Below the pieces are notes generated by a model. That model saw only the letters and a list, made by a program, of their open reading frames with translations, was not told the origin of the DNA and ran no database searches. Source: the human T2T-CHM13v2.0 reference genome, Homo sapiens. Taken from it: a stretch of DNA of 64,000 bases. The stretch lies in the NCBI RefSeq assembly GCF_009914755.1, contig NC_060931.1; one strand, written 5' to 3'. Positions 1 to 14,758 of this stretch are shown here, piece by piece (positions within the stretch are counted from its first letter, which is position 1; each line of letters begins with the position of its first letter). A program made the position numbers and the translations under genes.

Positions 1-720
1 GTGTTGTTGAATCCACCTGGAGTTGCAATATTACATTATTTTCCAGTACAGAATGTCTGTGTGGCCCATGAAAGCAACATAGGTTTTAAGAGTTTTAGAG
101 TTTCATTAGCTCATTCTAAGTTCCTCTGTTTGAAGCATGGTCTCTTAGGTTTTGGACTGAACTCAGACCTTTAGTTCTTTTCATCCCACTTCACCTTAGG
201 TAAGTAAATTCTGGCCACCACCCAGCTCCAAAGACACAAACTCTCCTTCGCTAACCAGGTTAGATGTCCCATTCATCTCATGCCCTGATAAAAACTGATA
301 AGGGGAGAGAATAGTTAAAAATTTTTCTAGGGTATCATAACTCTGGTAGGAAGTCATCTGTCTAGAAATCAAGAGAAAAAGAACGTGTGGCCTCCTGTTA
401 TAACAAGGGTTTCTAGATTTGTCCTGTGAAAGGTCGTTTAAGGACTTGGGGATCAACTTCCTCAATTATCACCAATTGCACTGTTGCTCCAAAAATCATT
501 TAAAAGCTTACTGGACATATCTACATAATGGTGAAACTGTAATTTAGAGACTATCCCTGACTAATGTGCTGGTAGGCATTAAAATGAGTTCCCAAGGGAA
601 GTGATTAAAATTTTTTTCTCTTCTGTTTTTTGAGAGAATTTCTAGATGTCCTGGGCCACAGTTAATTAAGATTTTTAGGGGGGACAGAAAGTTATACTGA
701 AATCTTTAGAGCTCCCTTCC
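1..720 (+). other. Unique non-coding sequence, possibly the 3'UTR of GPR141 (CDS would lie just upstream of the window)
   Basis: No credible ORF. Inference from the GPR141-like paralog 54 kb downstream on the + strand and from a recollection of the GPR141 mRNA tail. Not verifiable from the window alone. Confidence 0.35.
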
Positions 721-738
721 GCCGTTAAAATTATATAT

Positions 739-1032
739 ATATATATTTAAATTATACCTTAAGTTCTGGGGTACATGTGCAGAATATGCAGGTTTGTTAC
801 ATAGGTATACACGTGCCATGGTGGTTTGCGGCACCTGTCAACCCATCTACATTAGGTATTTCTCCTAATGCTCTCCCTCCCCTAGCCCCCCACCCCTGGA
901 CAGGCCCCATTGTGTGATGTTCCCCTCCCTGTGTCCATGTGTTTTCATTGTTCAACTCCCACTTCTAAGTGAGAACATGCGGTGTTTGGTTTTCTGTTCC
1001 TGTGTTAGTTTGCTGAGAATGATGGTTTCCAG
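739..1032 (-). mobile_element. 5'-truncated L1PA (about L1PA7-8) 3' end with 15 bp TSD
   Basis: Antisense L1 3'UTR (gtacatgtgcagaatatgcaggtttgttacatagg...gtgagaacatgcggtgtttgg). TSD gttaaaattatatat at 724-738 and 1033-1047. Confidence 0.9.
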
Positions 1033-1221
1033 GTTAAAATTATATATTTTTAAATAAATGAAAACTGTGTTTTTAAAAGAGGACTTTTGAGAAGTATATA
1101 GAAAAACCATTAATTTAGACTCTGTGAGATTAGGTTGCATGAAGAAGGTTTTCTGAATATTTGAAGAGTGGATAAATAAATGTCCCCCAAAGCAATAAAA
1201 TCATAATCCTTTAAAATATAG

Positions 1222-1350
1222 GAAAAATAACTAATGGGAACTAGGCTTAATACTCGGGATGAAATAATCTGTACAACAAACTCCCATGACACATGTTTAC
1301 CTATGTAACAAACCTGCACATGTACCCCTGAACTTAAAATAAAATTTAAA
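1222..1350 (+). mobile_element. Old L1PA/L1PB 3'-terminal fragment
   Basis: tatgtaacaaacctgcacatgtacccctgaacttaaaataaaa, the canonical L1 3' terminus. Confidence 0.8.
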
Positions 1351-2389
1351 GTAATAATAATAAAATAATATGGATTTTCTTTCCAAATTCGGAATTACTT
1401 TTTGTAAAATTGTATTAATAACTTGTGGCATGTGGCACGTTAAACTGATTTTATTTCAAGAACTTCTGTTACTGGCTAGGTTGATACATAGGCTTGTGGG
1501 TTTTTGCTTTTTGGGTTTTTTTTGCTCCTGCCCATACTTCCAGTGTCTTCAGTGTTTTATCTTAAAATTTTCCCAGGATCTGATCCAGTTTCATATTTAA
1601 TGCTGCAGAAAACCTGAAGTGATTAGTAACATGAATAGAATAACAGAATGAATTAAGGGAACTTTTTTTTTCATCAAGGTATATCTTCGGGATTTAAAAG
1701 TTTTTCATAATTTATTATCACTCTGTGGATCCACAAATTCCTCAGATGAATAAGAAATACCTCTGTGAATTTCTGTGACCACTAAAATTACTGAGCCACA
1801 GAAATTAATTCTGAGGAAGCAGAAGTAGCAACATAGTTCAAACATGACTTGTTTCCATATATTTTCTGTTTTATATATTCTTTTAAATATCCTTTTAAAC
1901 AAGTAATATTTCTTTTCTTTCTTGCCTTTTTTCCCATTTATTTTTTACATTTTTTCTTTCTCATTTTGAACCATAAAATTTGTAAGACAGTTACTAAGAC
2001 CCCTGATAGTTTTAAGAAAATTTATAATACCTATAAATATGTAAAAAAATTTAGAAAAATATTTAAATTAAAAGTATTCATGAGAATTTCATTACCTTGT
2101 AGATTATGTCATACTCTTTTCCAGATTTTAGATATGTTGAGGTCAGGCAATTCAAAAGAATTAATCTCTGTATTAATCTGTTATAATGTTAACATAACAC
2201 TATGTTATTTTCATATATTATAATAACAGCCTTATTAGAAATGTTCTCAAAAGATAGAAATGCAATATTTCATAATATAAAATATCTTTTTCATCAGTAT
2301 TTATGGAATAAATAGAAAAATTTTAGTTTTCCTGTTCTTTGTCTTGAATCAATACAGAAATGAACCTCATGTGACATTGGGAGTGACAT

Positions 2390-2520
2390 TGGCCTCTAGG
2401 GCCATTTTTGGATATCACCATTATAAGAGAGCACTAGTATTAGCATTTGGTGGTGGGAGCCAAGGAATAGACATCTTGCCTTGCACATAATTGTCTGTAC
2501 AATAAAGAAGTATCAGGTCT
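2390..2520 (+). mobile_element. Degenerate MER20-like hAT-Charlie fragment
   Basis: Weak similarity to MER20 (catttttgg..tcac...tagcatttggtgg...gccaagga...acaataaagaagtatc). Confidence 0.35.
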
Positions 2521-4679
2521 TGCTCTCTATTTGAATACTCTATTAGATATTAATGAAGTGAAACATATACTCATAACAATCAGAGCAGCTATCAGGTTTT
2601 ACCCAGTTTTCGTAAACACGTAGTATTTTTTTTTGTATAGCTTTAATTCTCTGAATTTTCTGGAAATGCAGCTATCATGGATTGAAGAAAGATTTTACTT
2701 TGGTTTCCTCTGAGCTTTACCAAGAGTTGTTCAGTACTTTGGAAATGACATTATAAGTAACAATACCATTTATGACATTAAAATATGACACAACATACCT
2801 GTAAGCAATATTTGTAGCTATTGTATTCAGGGGATATTACATACAGGTGTCAGCATCAGACTCACTCATTTTGTCTCTTTATGTGATTATGCCTGAGCAT
2901 TTACACACTGAATTATATACTGTTATCCATAACTTTTCTTTTCATTACTCATTTATATTACAGTGAGAACATTATACGTAAAAATAATGTGTATGTTTAC
3001 ATTATTAGTGTAGAAAGCATATACATTTCATTTTGAAATGGTAAAATTATCTGTAAGTTTCCTTTTAGAATGGTAAAAGTATTACCAAATATTTGTGATA
3101 AAAAGCAAGGTATTGGGTCTGAGAAAGCTGAGAACCACTGAATTACCACAAAGGGACAAAATAAGAGGGAAATTTATAAATTTTAACATTATAAACAGGA
3201 AAAATATTTCAGTGTTTTTGAAATACTTACCTCATCTTCATTCAATTCTAAATTACTTCTTTTGTTTCTACAGCAATTAAATGCAACTTTTAGAAAAATG
3301 TGAAGAAAATATACATGTGTATTTTCTTTTTTAATAAGAAAAATACACTTTTTCTGAGCCTCACCACTCTCAGATAGGCTCTTGATCAATATCTACCAGA
3401 TTTTTAACCCAGACATAATAATTTTTGAGGCCCAGGGAGAAAGATCTCTTCAGGCACCCATTAAAAGGGACACTATTTGGCTCTTGTTTATTCCTTAATT
3501 TTCCTGTGAAAGGATCATTGAGTCCCCTGCCTTCCTCCTCAACTTCATTTAAATTAAGGAGAAATTGTAGGTGAAATGAACTTTGTGTAAAGTGATTCAA
3601 GAGGTGTTAATAAATCCCTCTTGCCTCCCCAAATCCTCCTCAATGAAGCTGCCATGAAAACTCGATTGTTGGGTTAAGAATCAGTTTTTCTGAAGGAGGG
3701 TATTGGGCCAATCCATTCTCAGTCATTGGCTTTTGGTGTGAAGTTAGAATTTGGGATGCTGTCATAGCTTTGATTGGATAGATTTTGCCCACTTTCCTCT
3801 ATGAGACAGACATAGGCCAAAGACTCTCACACCTATTGGTACTGGTAGGAACAAGGAAGCTCTTCTTGTTATAGGGGCCAACTACAGCATTCTGTAGACA
3901 GTTGGTACTGAGAGCTCCATGGTAAAGGGGCACAGGGATGGCAGAACTGTGGGGATAATGCCCAGAGATTGCAACATGCCAAGGGACACCCATGGGTATT
4001 GGAAACCAGGGGAATCTGAAGACCCAGCAGGAGCTGCTGGGGAAATGAGACCCAGGTCTGAGAACGGCTAGCTGAGAGCAGGAGGGGCTTGTGTGAGTCT
4101 TGCTCAGGAGTTCTGAGCAAACAGGACTGCTCTTGGAAGACAGGGCAATGGAGGCAGCAAACAAAGACTGTTTTGAACAGGAGGTAAGAAAGTGCTGGCG
4201 AGCATGGTTTATTTTATTTGCAGTTTGTCCTAATAGTTTATGTCATTAGCAATGAATTATTTCTGCCCTTTGTTGCTGATCTGGGCCATAGATCTCATGG
4301 AGGACAGGGTGTGGTTACAAAGATGTAACCACTGGCAACCTGATCAGAGATTTTGGATAAAGATCTCCAGCTCATCCTTAAGTCAAGTAAGAAAAGAATC
4401 CCTTGGAATTTAGAGAAGGGTCTGAAGAGTTTCCCTTCTGTTTTCAGGAAAGCATCATCTTACATGTCAGGAGTAGACACTTGCCAAAGTCTACACCAGC
4501 CTCTGGCACCCTCAGGAGGGTCTGGAAAGACATCTAGGCCCCCTCTCCAATGATGTTCAATTCTGTATAACACAGCACACTTCTTACCACAGCCCAGCTG
4601 GGTACCCCATTCTCTGAGTTGTCCTTTGCCTCTCAGAATTCCATTATTTTCGTAGCATTGTGCTTAACAGTGGGACACA

Positions 4680-4760
4680 CTACTGACCTGTACACTTAAG
4701 AACGGCTAAGATGGTTGATTTCATGTCATGCATATTTATCACAATAAACAATTTTTTAAA
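4680..4760 (+). mobile_element. L1M (L1MB/MC-like) 3' terminus
   Basis: ctgtacacttaagaacggctaagatggttgatttcatgtcatgcatatttatcacaataaa, followed by a (TA)n tract at 4767-4826. Confidence 0.55.
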
Positions 4761-6845
4761 TTAGAAGATATATATATATCTTATATATATTTAGTTATAT
4801 ATATAACATTTATATATATATATATTTAGAAACTTTAATAGGCAAGAACTGAGCTGATGGAGAAAGTTAAAATATTAGAAAGAAAAAAGCTAGTCTGAGA
4901 CATAGAAAGACTTCAGTCCTCCTATCAAGGGACTACCTATAGGGAAAGCAAATGGAAAACACTTCACATCTGGACATATCCTTGGAGAATGCTTTGAATT
5001 TTAAGAACAAAGAATTAGTACAAAAAAAGCCAGGCAAGAGAAATGTTTACCTCTAAAAGAAAGAAAAACAATTAGAAAGGTATTAAGTATTTTCCTTCAC
5101 AGCCTAATGCCAGAAAATGGGAAGCAATGTCTATTGGATTTTGATTTAAAATATCATGGCTAAGAACTCTCTAAGCAGGCAATTACTGTGCATGCCCCTG
5201 GGTAAACAAAGGAACTTGAGACGGATTTTCCTCTCCATCTCGGGGCTTATCATCCCAAAGCCATTGCTTCTCCCTCTCCAGGGTCTTCCACAGGTAGGAG
5301 AGCAACTCCACTTGGTTATCTTGAGGCCAAATTATCTTTTCAGGAGGCAAGTTGCTGGCGAAACCTAACTTTCCTTTTAGAATAAGATCCATTCAGCACT
5401 CGGTCTAGAAAAATGTTTCTTCCATGATTCTTACAATAGGAAGGCAGCTTTCCCTGGCCTCTTGTTCTCACGTTCCATTCCCGCTTAGAGCCGCTCCCAT
5501 GTCACTATTTCCTTAGTTAGACTAGAAAGAGAGCCAGATATCTGTTCTGAAATAATTGTCTCTCTCCTCCTATCACAACCATCTTCAAAATTTTGCTTTG
5601 CATTTGAATTTTTATTGCATATTTAGTTTCACAACCTTATTTCCTAAACTTTCCTAAAATTAAATTTCTGCCTCATCTCCATTTTTATCACAACCTGTTA
5701 ACTTATTGCACATTTAACCTCTTGTTCTATAGAAAACATGTATTTTGAGTTTTATCAATGGTTTAAAATTGACCAGTGCAGTCTACAATGCCTTTCCGTC
5801 TCATTCAGAAAATTCTTTTCAGACGTGCTCTTTCTACAATTTGAGCAGTTCAGGTTATTGGCCACATGTAGTTTTTTCCCCTTATTCCTGTATTCCTAAG
5901 TAAGATATCACCAGGCCTTAGTTTTCCTTATCAACTGTGTCAGTGGCTTCTTCTCAGCAACTCCTTATTATCAGGCGCTCTTAGAGGCTTCCACTTAAAT
6001 GTAAAAATTGGAGATTGATTACCAGTTCCTGGTGCTAAGTGCCCAAGGGCAAGAGAGAGGCTGTAGGGATTATGGAAAACTCTACTAACTTTGCAGTTTC
6101 TTTTGTATAGTTATTAATTCCCTTGTGTAAAGTGGTCAGCCCTGTGTACCCAGAATGATTCTGGAGTGAAGAAACTGCCCTTTTTTTGTGTGTACAAACC
6201 CCCTCTACCCAATGTCAGTGAACCTCTAAGTAATCTTCAATCCACACACGAGAGGTGCTGATTCATAATAAAATTTTGTTTTTCCAGGGAAATAAGAAAT
6301 GCAATAATGATGCACTGAGTTTTTCTTAAAGTGAAACATATTTAATGATATATTCAGAGACATATTTTTATAATTCACTTTATTTGTATTATATCATAAT
6401 GTACTAGAACTATTATAAGCACCATTTATAAGATTATAATTAAGTAATCTGCAAGATGGTGGTTGTGCTAAGAACCACACATAGACAATTTTCTTGACAA
6501 TATTGGTCAGTTTCCAGTCTTTGGCCTTAGATGTCTTTTGGCCAGTCTTGGTATATCATGGACACAAAATGAGTTCTATATCTGCTGTTGTTATCAGTAA
6601 AGTCACCCCAGATGACACATTGCTCCAAAAATATCTGGCAAAGTTTTTAAAACAATAAATTTTTATATGCAATTGGAATTATTTGTAAAAAATCAGTAAG
6701 TGAACACACATTGAATTTCTCTCGAAGTCCTGACTTTTGATGTATTTGATGATTAAAATTAATTCTACCTTTTATGGATATTAAAAGACCAATAATGTTA
6801 AACATATCAAAGTGAAGTTTGTTCCAGTTGGTCTGTTTGAATGTT

Positions 6846-7150
<305 letters not shown>

Positions 7151-7757
7151 TTGAATGTTTTTAAAAAGACCTGACAGAGTAAAAATGTGTATGCCATGAA
7201 TTGTGTTGTGAGTAAATTCACAGAAGGGCATGATGAGAATAACATCCAGCCTGCCAAGGAGAGTCATGCAGAATTACTTGAAAATATGAGTGTTCACATA
7301 TTCACTTCAGATTTATTGAGCTAAATGCAAATGATCAAAGCAACTCTACTGCATGATATTAATAAGTTTTGTCTGCTCTAATGCTTTAAAACCACAAAAC
7401 CTTTAAATACATTTAAATATAAGATACTATGCTAAAAGATCAATGCAGATAATTTTTTGAAGTAAAAATGCTCCAAAATTATGAAACTACCAAATCTTGA
7501 GTGTTGGTATATAAATACGTACTTATTCCACAGACCTCATCCTCTCTTGTCCACTCAGGACTTTGCCTCTGCTACTGTGGCCTCAGACTCCTGCACCATC
7601 ATTTTCTCTCTTTCTACTGAACTACCCATGTCTGCATAAATGATACAGTATTAATGAAACAAAACCACTCCCATCATCTCCAGTAAATGCCATGCTATTG
7701 CTTTGCCTCCCTTTATAAGTTTTCTACAAGAAAACTCCTTGAAGGTAACATCCACAT

Positions 7758-8026
<269 letters not shown>

Positions 8027-8664
8027 CTGCATTCTGTTTCCAGTTCTTCACCTTCCATTATTCCCTTGGCCCAGTTCCATAGTTTCCTTTATGCCCCACT
8101 CCACCATACCAATTTTGTCAAGGTAATTAATGGTATCAATCATATAATTCAATGGTTAAGTTTGAGTCTTCACCTTATTCAATCTCAAAGTAGGGTAGGA
8201 TGCAGTTGAGAAATCTCTTTTTATGGAAATACTTTCCTCATTTAATTACTAAAATGTCTCCTGCTCTTGGGTTTTCTCCTACCTCATTAGGTGTTCCATT
8301 TCCATTTCTTTGCTATTCATCCTCTTCTTCCCAGTTTCTAAAGGTTGGAGTGCACAGGGCTTCATCCTCAGCAACCTTCCTGCCTTTCTCTGCACACCTC
8401 CCTAAAACATCTTACCAGTTTTGTGGCTTTGAATGTGATCTGTACGCTGATCTTCACCAATTTATATCTCTCACTCTGTCCTCCCTCCTAGATTCCAGCT
8501 ACACTTGAAGCCTCTGCTTATAATAATACGCAACTTCAATTTAATTTCACCAGAGCAAAACACTGGATTTCCTCCCCTCAGCAGCCTTCCCCATCTCAGA
8601 AAATGGCATCACTTTTTACCCATTAGCTCAAACCAAATACCAAGAAGTTATGCTCAATGCCCTT

Positions 8665-9375
8665 TGTGTCCATCGGGTTCCAATTATGAGACAGAAACTG
8701 CTTGGTGATTTAAACAGGGAAAGTTTAATCATTAGCTATAAAAGGAGATTGAAGTGTTGAGAGATTAGCTACTAAGAGGTAAAGAGATGTCTAAAGAATA
8801 CAAGAGTAGGAGATGTAGCCAGCAGCCACTATCTTCAGATCAGAGGCAAAGCATGCAAAGAAAAACCAACCTGGGTAAGGAATCCGCCTCCTTACCCCCA
8901 CCAGCCCACCTCACATACACACACACCCAGCACTGAAATGCAGACCTTGCAGGAAAGGGTGGGTCCCCTGGATGATGGAGAAGTTCACAAAGGTGCTTTG
9001 CTGATGGAACTTGCTGAAAAGCCACTCATAGGGGTATTAGAAAAAGCTGTCCAAGGGGAGAAACTGCATCTCAGGCCATGCTGGGCATCTGCCCAAGGAA
9101 CCGAATGCCTTTGGAAGCTGCTCTCTGAAGGGCAGGGATGGCTGTCCACGAGGAGGCCACATGCATTGCGTGCATTAGGCAGGAGCCTGCTACGAGAAAG
9201 CAGGTACCAGAGCCGGGGAGAAAAGCCTATTCTTCCCCAAGTGCTGCTTCAGCGCCTTGTAATGATGAAGATTAGTTTAGCATCCCACCCATTGGTAAGG
9301 GAGAAACGTGCTAGTTTCATGGCAGGGCAGTAGAGGGTGGATTTGGAGCCGAAGACAATATATGGATGGATAGCC
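8665..9375 (-). mobile_element. ERVL solo LTR (LTR41/LTR52-like) inserted in L2
   Basis: The reverse complement begins ...tattgtcttcggctccaaatccaccc, typical of the LTR41-family start. L2 sequence resumes on both sides. Confidence 0.55.
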
Positions 9376-9932
9376 TTTCTTTTGTTTACACCCACACCAC
9401 GTATGCTGTATCTTCTAATACCGATGACTCTGCTTTAAAGCGTGTCTCTCATCTGACCACTTCTCGCCATTTCTACTGCTACTACCTTCTCAGGCTAGTA
9501 CAACATTCTCCCTCTCCCTGTTTTCACTTTCGCTGCACTGTGGTCAGTTCTCTGCACATTAGCCATACATCGTGTGAAAGTATAAATTCAATGTTATACT
9601 AATTTATAGTACTGATGTTAAATCATGATAGTCTCCACTAAAATTTTTCCTGTGGCTTTTGATCTCACTCAGATGAAAATGTAAACGCCATGATCAGACC
9701 CTTGCCTGTCTCTCAGTCAACTTCTTTCTGTTCCTTTGTTTTTGCCTCATAAGCTTTGAATTTTCTGTTATCTCTGATGGGAACGTTTCCTCAAATAGCT
9801 GGTTCCTCTGTATCATTCATAACTGCTCCAGTGTCATCTCTGCAAAGAAGGTCCTGATTTCTCTATTTCTCTATGTAAAATTGTAGCTTTTTGTTCCCTA
9901 CTTTTTATACTATTTTATATATATATATATAA

Positions 9933-10250
<318 letters not shown>

Positions 10251-10464
10251 TACTTTATATTCTTTTTGGCATTTATTATTACCACAAATTATGTTAAGTA
10301 TTCTTAATTAACAAGAATTAATTAAATTTTTGTCCACTAGAATTTAAGTGTCATAAAGAAGGAAATTATTTTTGCCTGGCTATTGTGAGCTAAGGTTTAA
10401 TGGCATTCAATAAACATATGTTGAAAGAATAAAAAAGTGGGTAAAGGAATGAATTCCTGCTTTT

Positions 10465-11140
10465 CAACACTGATTTGAACCCATAATCTGCCATTTTTTA
10501 GCATATAAAGTTTGAGTCAGTTTCTCAATATCTAAGAACCTCAAATTCTTCTTCTCTAAGATGATAGTTTAAAACATTTAACTCTCCCAAGCTTACTGTG
10601 AAAATTCACCAGGTTGGATGATATCTCCTCAAAAAACCATAAGAAAGACTTCTTGATCAAGCAGAGCCATCTCTTGATGGAGTCTAAGTAGTTTCTTAAA
10701 AAGAGCAATTAGGGCAGGATATTTATAGGACCACAGGCCAGCCTGGGAGATTTTAAAGAGTGTCTATTAAGGTTTGGATTGGACAGAGTTTATGAAACAG
10801 CTGTGCTTTGATGGACACAGTAGGGTGAGGGTGGTAAAATGAATTAAGTTAGCAAGCTGTTAGTCCTAATGAATAAGTGATTGGGTTGGCTTACAGTCTT
10901 ATATTCTACAAGCAAGTGTTTCAAGGAGCAAGTAGCTAAGTGTGTTTTGTTTGTTCTCAGTATTGATTAATAAAGAAACAGGGAGAATATATTGTCTCAG
11001 ATTTGGTTAGCACTGGGGCAGGAGAGTATGTTCTATGGCGTTGTTTATGGGACAGAGGTATTTTGGTTCCAGATCTCAAGTGAGATGGTATTTGTGAGGT
11101 GTGGAAACAGTGCCAGCCCATATGCACAATGCCATAAAGC
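10465..11140 (+). mobile_element. MIR split by an LTR insertion
   Basis: MIR core (ctgccatttttagc...cctcaaattcttcttctctaagatg...tactgtgaaaatt) resumes at 11079 (agtgagatggtatttgtgagg...acagtgccagcccata). Confidence 0.6.
10612..11078 (-). mobile_element. Solo ERV LTR (family not assigned)
   Basis: ~470 bp block interrupting the MIR. The minus strand starts TGAGA, is LTR-like, and has a TATA-like motif (cctataaata). Confidence 0.5.
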
Positions 11141-11541
11141 AGAGTAGATATCTAAGTGAATTGCCCGTCACTGAGCAGCTTAGCATATACAGCCTGTATT
11201 CAGATAAAAGCATCATGGTTTCGCTTCTTTGAAAAGTTCTTTTCATTAATAAAATGGTTTTTTTGGTTTCTTTTGGATGATTTAAAAATGATTCTTTCAG
11301 AGATGATAAATTATGTGCTTGGGGAAATTCTGTAATTCTGATGGGTTTGTAATGACTCTTTTTGACTTTGCGAATTGATCCAGTAGAGCATAAACTTCGG
11401 GAGTGCCTTAGGCCTTAATAGGCTATGTTCTTGTTTTAATAATTTTGACAGAATTGTTGTGGGAATCATAATTAGAGTCTCTCTCTCAGTGAATTTGATT
11501 AATTTAAAAAATTAATAACATTTCTACATAAACAAAAGGTA

Positions 11542-11619
11542 TTAGGATGGTGCAAAAGTAACTTGCAGTTTTGCCATTAAAAGTAATTACTTACCACAAT
11601 TACTTTTTCAATAACCTAA
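11542..11619. mobile_element. MADE1 (Hsmar1-derived MITE)
   Basis: ~80 bp near-palindrome ttaggatggtgcaaaagtaa...ttactttttcaataacctaa, preceded by TA. Confidence 0.85.
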
Positions 11620-11974
11620 ATGTAATAAGGAAGAGAGGAGAGCCTATCCCCGAGCAGATGTGCACTTTAGGGAAGGAGTTGATGCTTGTCCTGTGTTGTG
11701 AGGCTTTGTGATTGAATCAGCTGCTCAGGATATCAAAGAATCTTCAACCTGAGGACCAGTTACATTAGAATGGTATTGTCTGCTTGGACCCCTCTGTTGA
11801 GAAGAATTGTAACGATTCTCTGAGTTCAGGTGGGAAAAAGAGCTGTGGTATGGGCATAGGAAAGGTGGATGATGGCCTACTCATAGCACATTTATTGGTA
11901 CATTGTTGTTTTTGCTGCTGTTATTGCTGTTTCCTGTTTCATTGATGAATCAGGAGTCTTCTATTAAAAACTAT

Positions 11975-12150
11975 ATGTACTACTTTTACACATGTTCACA
12001 GTAACATAACAACAAGCATAGGTCTTATCATCCACTTATTCCAAGGCTAAGAATAGGAGTCAGGGAAGTTAAGTGACTAGTCTGAGGACACAGGGATAAA
12101 ATTTGGCAGAGACATGGATGTGGCTATGCCCAGGTATATGTGGCTGAAAG
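11975..12150 (-). mobile_element. MIR
   Basis: ggagtcagggaagttaagtgactagtctgaggacacag, the antisense MIR core. Confidence 0.6.
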
Positions 12151-13020
12151 CTGGTGCTCTGTCTCTATGCAAGACAGGCAGAGGAAAACCTCTGGTTACC
12201 AAAAAAAAAAAAAAAAAAAAATCACAACAAAGCTACAGGAAAACAGAAACCATCTAGAAAAGAAGTCAAGTCTCCTTCTCAATGACAGCTGAACTTTGCC
12301 AAGGAATTGAGATAACTATGAGCTAAGGCTGGGTAAAGATTCTGATTTAAAGCATTACAGACTTTCTAAAGTTTTACTTCTTTCAGGAGCAGGAACAAAA
12401 TCCCTTTTCCCCTTTTATCTACATGATTTAGAGGAGTGCTCTGCTAGGAGGTCTATGAATATTTATAGAGGATGATAATAATTAAAGACAAAAGTTTCAA
12501 GATATACGTAGCAGAATTAAAGAACAGGGTTATATTTTGCGTTTCTGTTAGTGTTTAAGAGAAAGAGATCTCTTAGTGTATAAGTTTTTATTTTGTGAAT
12601 TTACATATCCCAAATGACAAATCACTGTTATACATGGCCATTAGAGATTGCACAGTATGTTTACTTTTCTCTTTTAGGTGACAAAGCTATTTGAAGGATG
12701 TGTGTGGAACTGAATATAACCCAGTTAAGCATTATTACTAGAAACCAATCAGGGACATATGTAACTTTGTCACCTCGCTGCCTAAAACACTTCACTGGTT
12801 TTAACTTCAGAGGCCTCTGATTCTCCTAAATTATTTGTAAATGTTTGTGTGTACCTCGTATGCCTGTATTTTCAGGGTTTAGAATCCATAGATCTCACTA
12901 GATTTTCAAAGTCAGTATGCAACTCAAAAGAAGTTTAGAAAGTAATGACATGCAGGATACAGCCCACATTCCTCATTATGACCTCCATAACTTGATCTGG
13001 CCCTTGCCTGCTTTTTCTTT

Positions 13021-13487
13021 TTTTTAAATTGCATTTATTTAAAGTGTACAGCATGACGTTTGCTTACACACATGCATAGTGAAATGATTGCTATAGTTGA
13101 GCAAATTGACATACCCATCTACAAACAGAGTTGCCTTTATTTTTCTTATGGAGAGAGAACCTAAAATCTACTCTCTTAGCAAATGTTCCATATACAGTAC
13201 AGATTTATTACCTGGAGTCCTCCTGCTAGTCATTAGATCTCTAAACATTCATCCTACAGAATAGCAACTTTGTACCCTTTGACCAACATCTCCCCATTTC
13301 AACTATCTCCCCATCCCTATTTCTATGTATTTAACTTTTTAAAATTCCACATATAAGTGAGATTATACAATATTTTTCTTTCTGTGTCTGGCTTATTTTA
13401 CTTAATGTCTCATCCATGTTGTCATAAATGGAAGTATCTCCTTTTTAAAGGTCACATAACATTCTATTCTGTACACACACACACATA

Positions 13488-13531
<44 letters not shown>

Positions 13532-14758
13532 TAGTTTTAATATTAATCCATAAATCCACCATTTTAGTCCATGAATCCACCAAATGACACTTAGGTTGTT
13601 CCCATAGCTTGGCTATTATGAGTAAGGCTGCCGTGAACATGGGAGTGCAGGTACCTCTATCATGTGCTGGTTTCGTTTCCTTTGGATATATATCCAACAG
13701 AAGGATTACTGGGTCATATGGCATTTCTATTTTTATTTTTTTACGGAATCTCCATTCTGTTTTCCATAATAGCTGCCCCACCAATAGTGTACAAAGGTTC
13801 CCTTTTTTTTCCACACCCTCATCAACACTTGCTATCTTTTGTCTTTTTGGTAACGGCCATCCTAAGGAGTGTGAGGTCATATGATTTGGAATTGCATTTT
13901 CCTGGTGATTAGTAATGTTGAGCTTCTTTTTATATACTTGTTGGTCATTTGTATATTTTCTTTTAAAAGATGTCTATTCAGGTCCTTTGCCCATTTTTAA
14001 ACCACTTGAGTTTTTTTGTTGTTGTTGTTAGTGAGTTATGTGCATTTATTATATATTTGTGATATTAACCCCAATCAGATATATTGTTTAGAAATATATT
14101 CCCCCAGTCCTTAGATAGAAATAAATGGAAATATATCCTTTGTCCATGGTTTAGAAGAATTAATCATTAAAATGTTCATCCAAAGCAGTATGTAGATTCA
14201 ACGCATTCCTATTCAAAATTGCAATGACATTTTTAACAATTCTAAAATTCAAATGGAACACAAAAGACCCAAAATAGCCAAAGCAATCTTGAACAAGAAG
14301 AACAAAGCTGGAGGCATCACACTTCTTGATTTCAAATTATACTGCAAAGTTATAGTGATCAAAAGAGTATGGTGCTGGCATAAAAACAAACATCTAGACC
14401 AATGGAACAAAATAGTGAGTCCAGAAATAAGTCCAAACATATAAGGACTACTCACTTTCAATAGGGAAACCAATGATACTCAACAGAGAAAGGATAGTCT
14501 CTTTAATAAATGCTATTGGGAGAACTGGATATGCACATGCAAAAAAAGGAAATTGAACTCTTATCTTACGCCATACACAAATATCAACTCAAAATGGATT
14601 AAAGACTTCAGTGTAAGACTTGCTGTAAAATTCCTGGAAAAAAAGATAGGGAATGAGCTCCTTTACATGGGCTTTGGCAGTGAGTTTTGGGTTATGACAC
14701 CAAAAGTTCAGGCAACAAAAGCAAAAATAAACAAGTAGGGCTACATCAAACTAAAAAA
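13021..14758 (-). mobile_element. L1MA (about MA8-9) with 5' inversion: 13021-14110 antisense 3' part, 14115-14758 ORF2 segment on +
   Basis: ORFs at 13464-13880 (-) and 14253-14444 / 14553-14738 (+) are L1 ORF2 C-terminal fragments. Degenerate TSD ccttgcctgctttt / ccttacttactttt. Inserted in an L2 remnant. (TG)n at 13490-13523. Confidence 0.85.

Noticed and set aside
5183-5392. 69 aa minus-strand ORF with protein-like composition (MDLILKGKLGF...)
   Set aside because: No recognisable family, splice context or extension in neighbouring frames. Its length is within chance expectation.
12661-12730. Strong-looking splice acceptor (ttacttttctcttttag|g)
   Set aside because: No convincing nearby donor or coding frame. 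An exon cannot be supported without transcript data.
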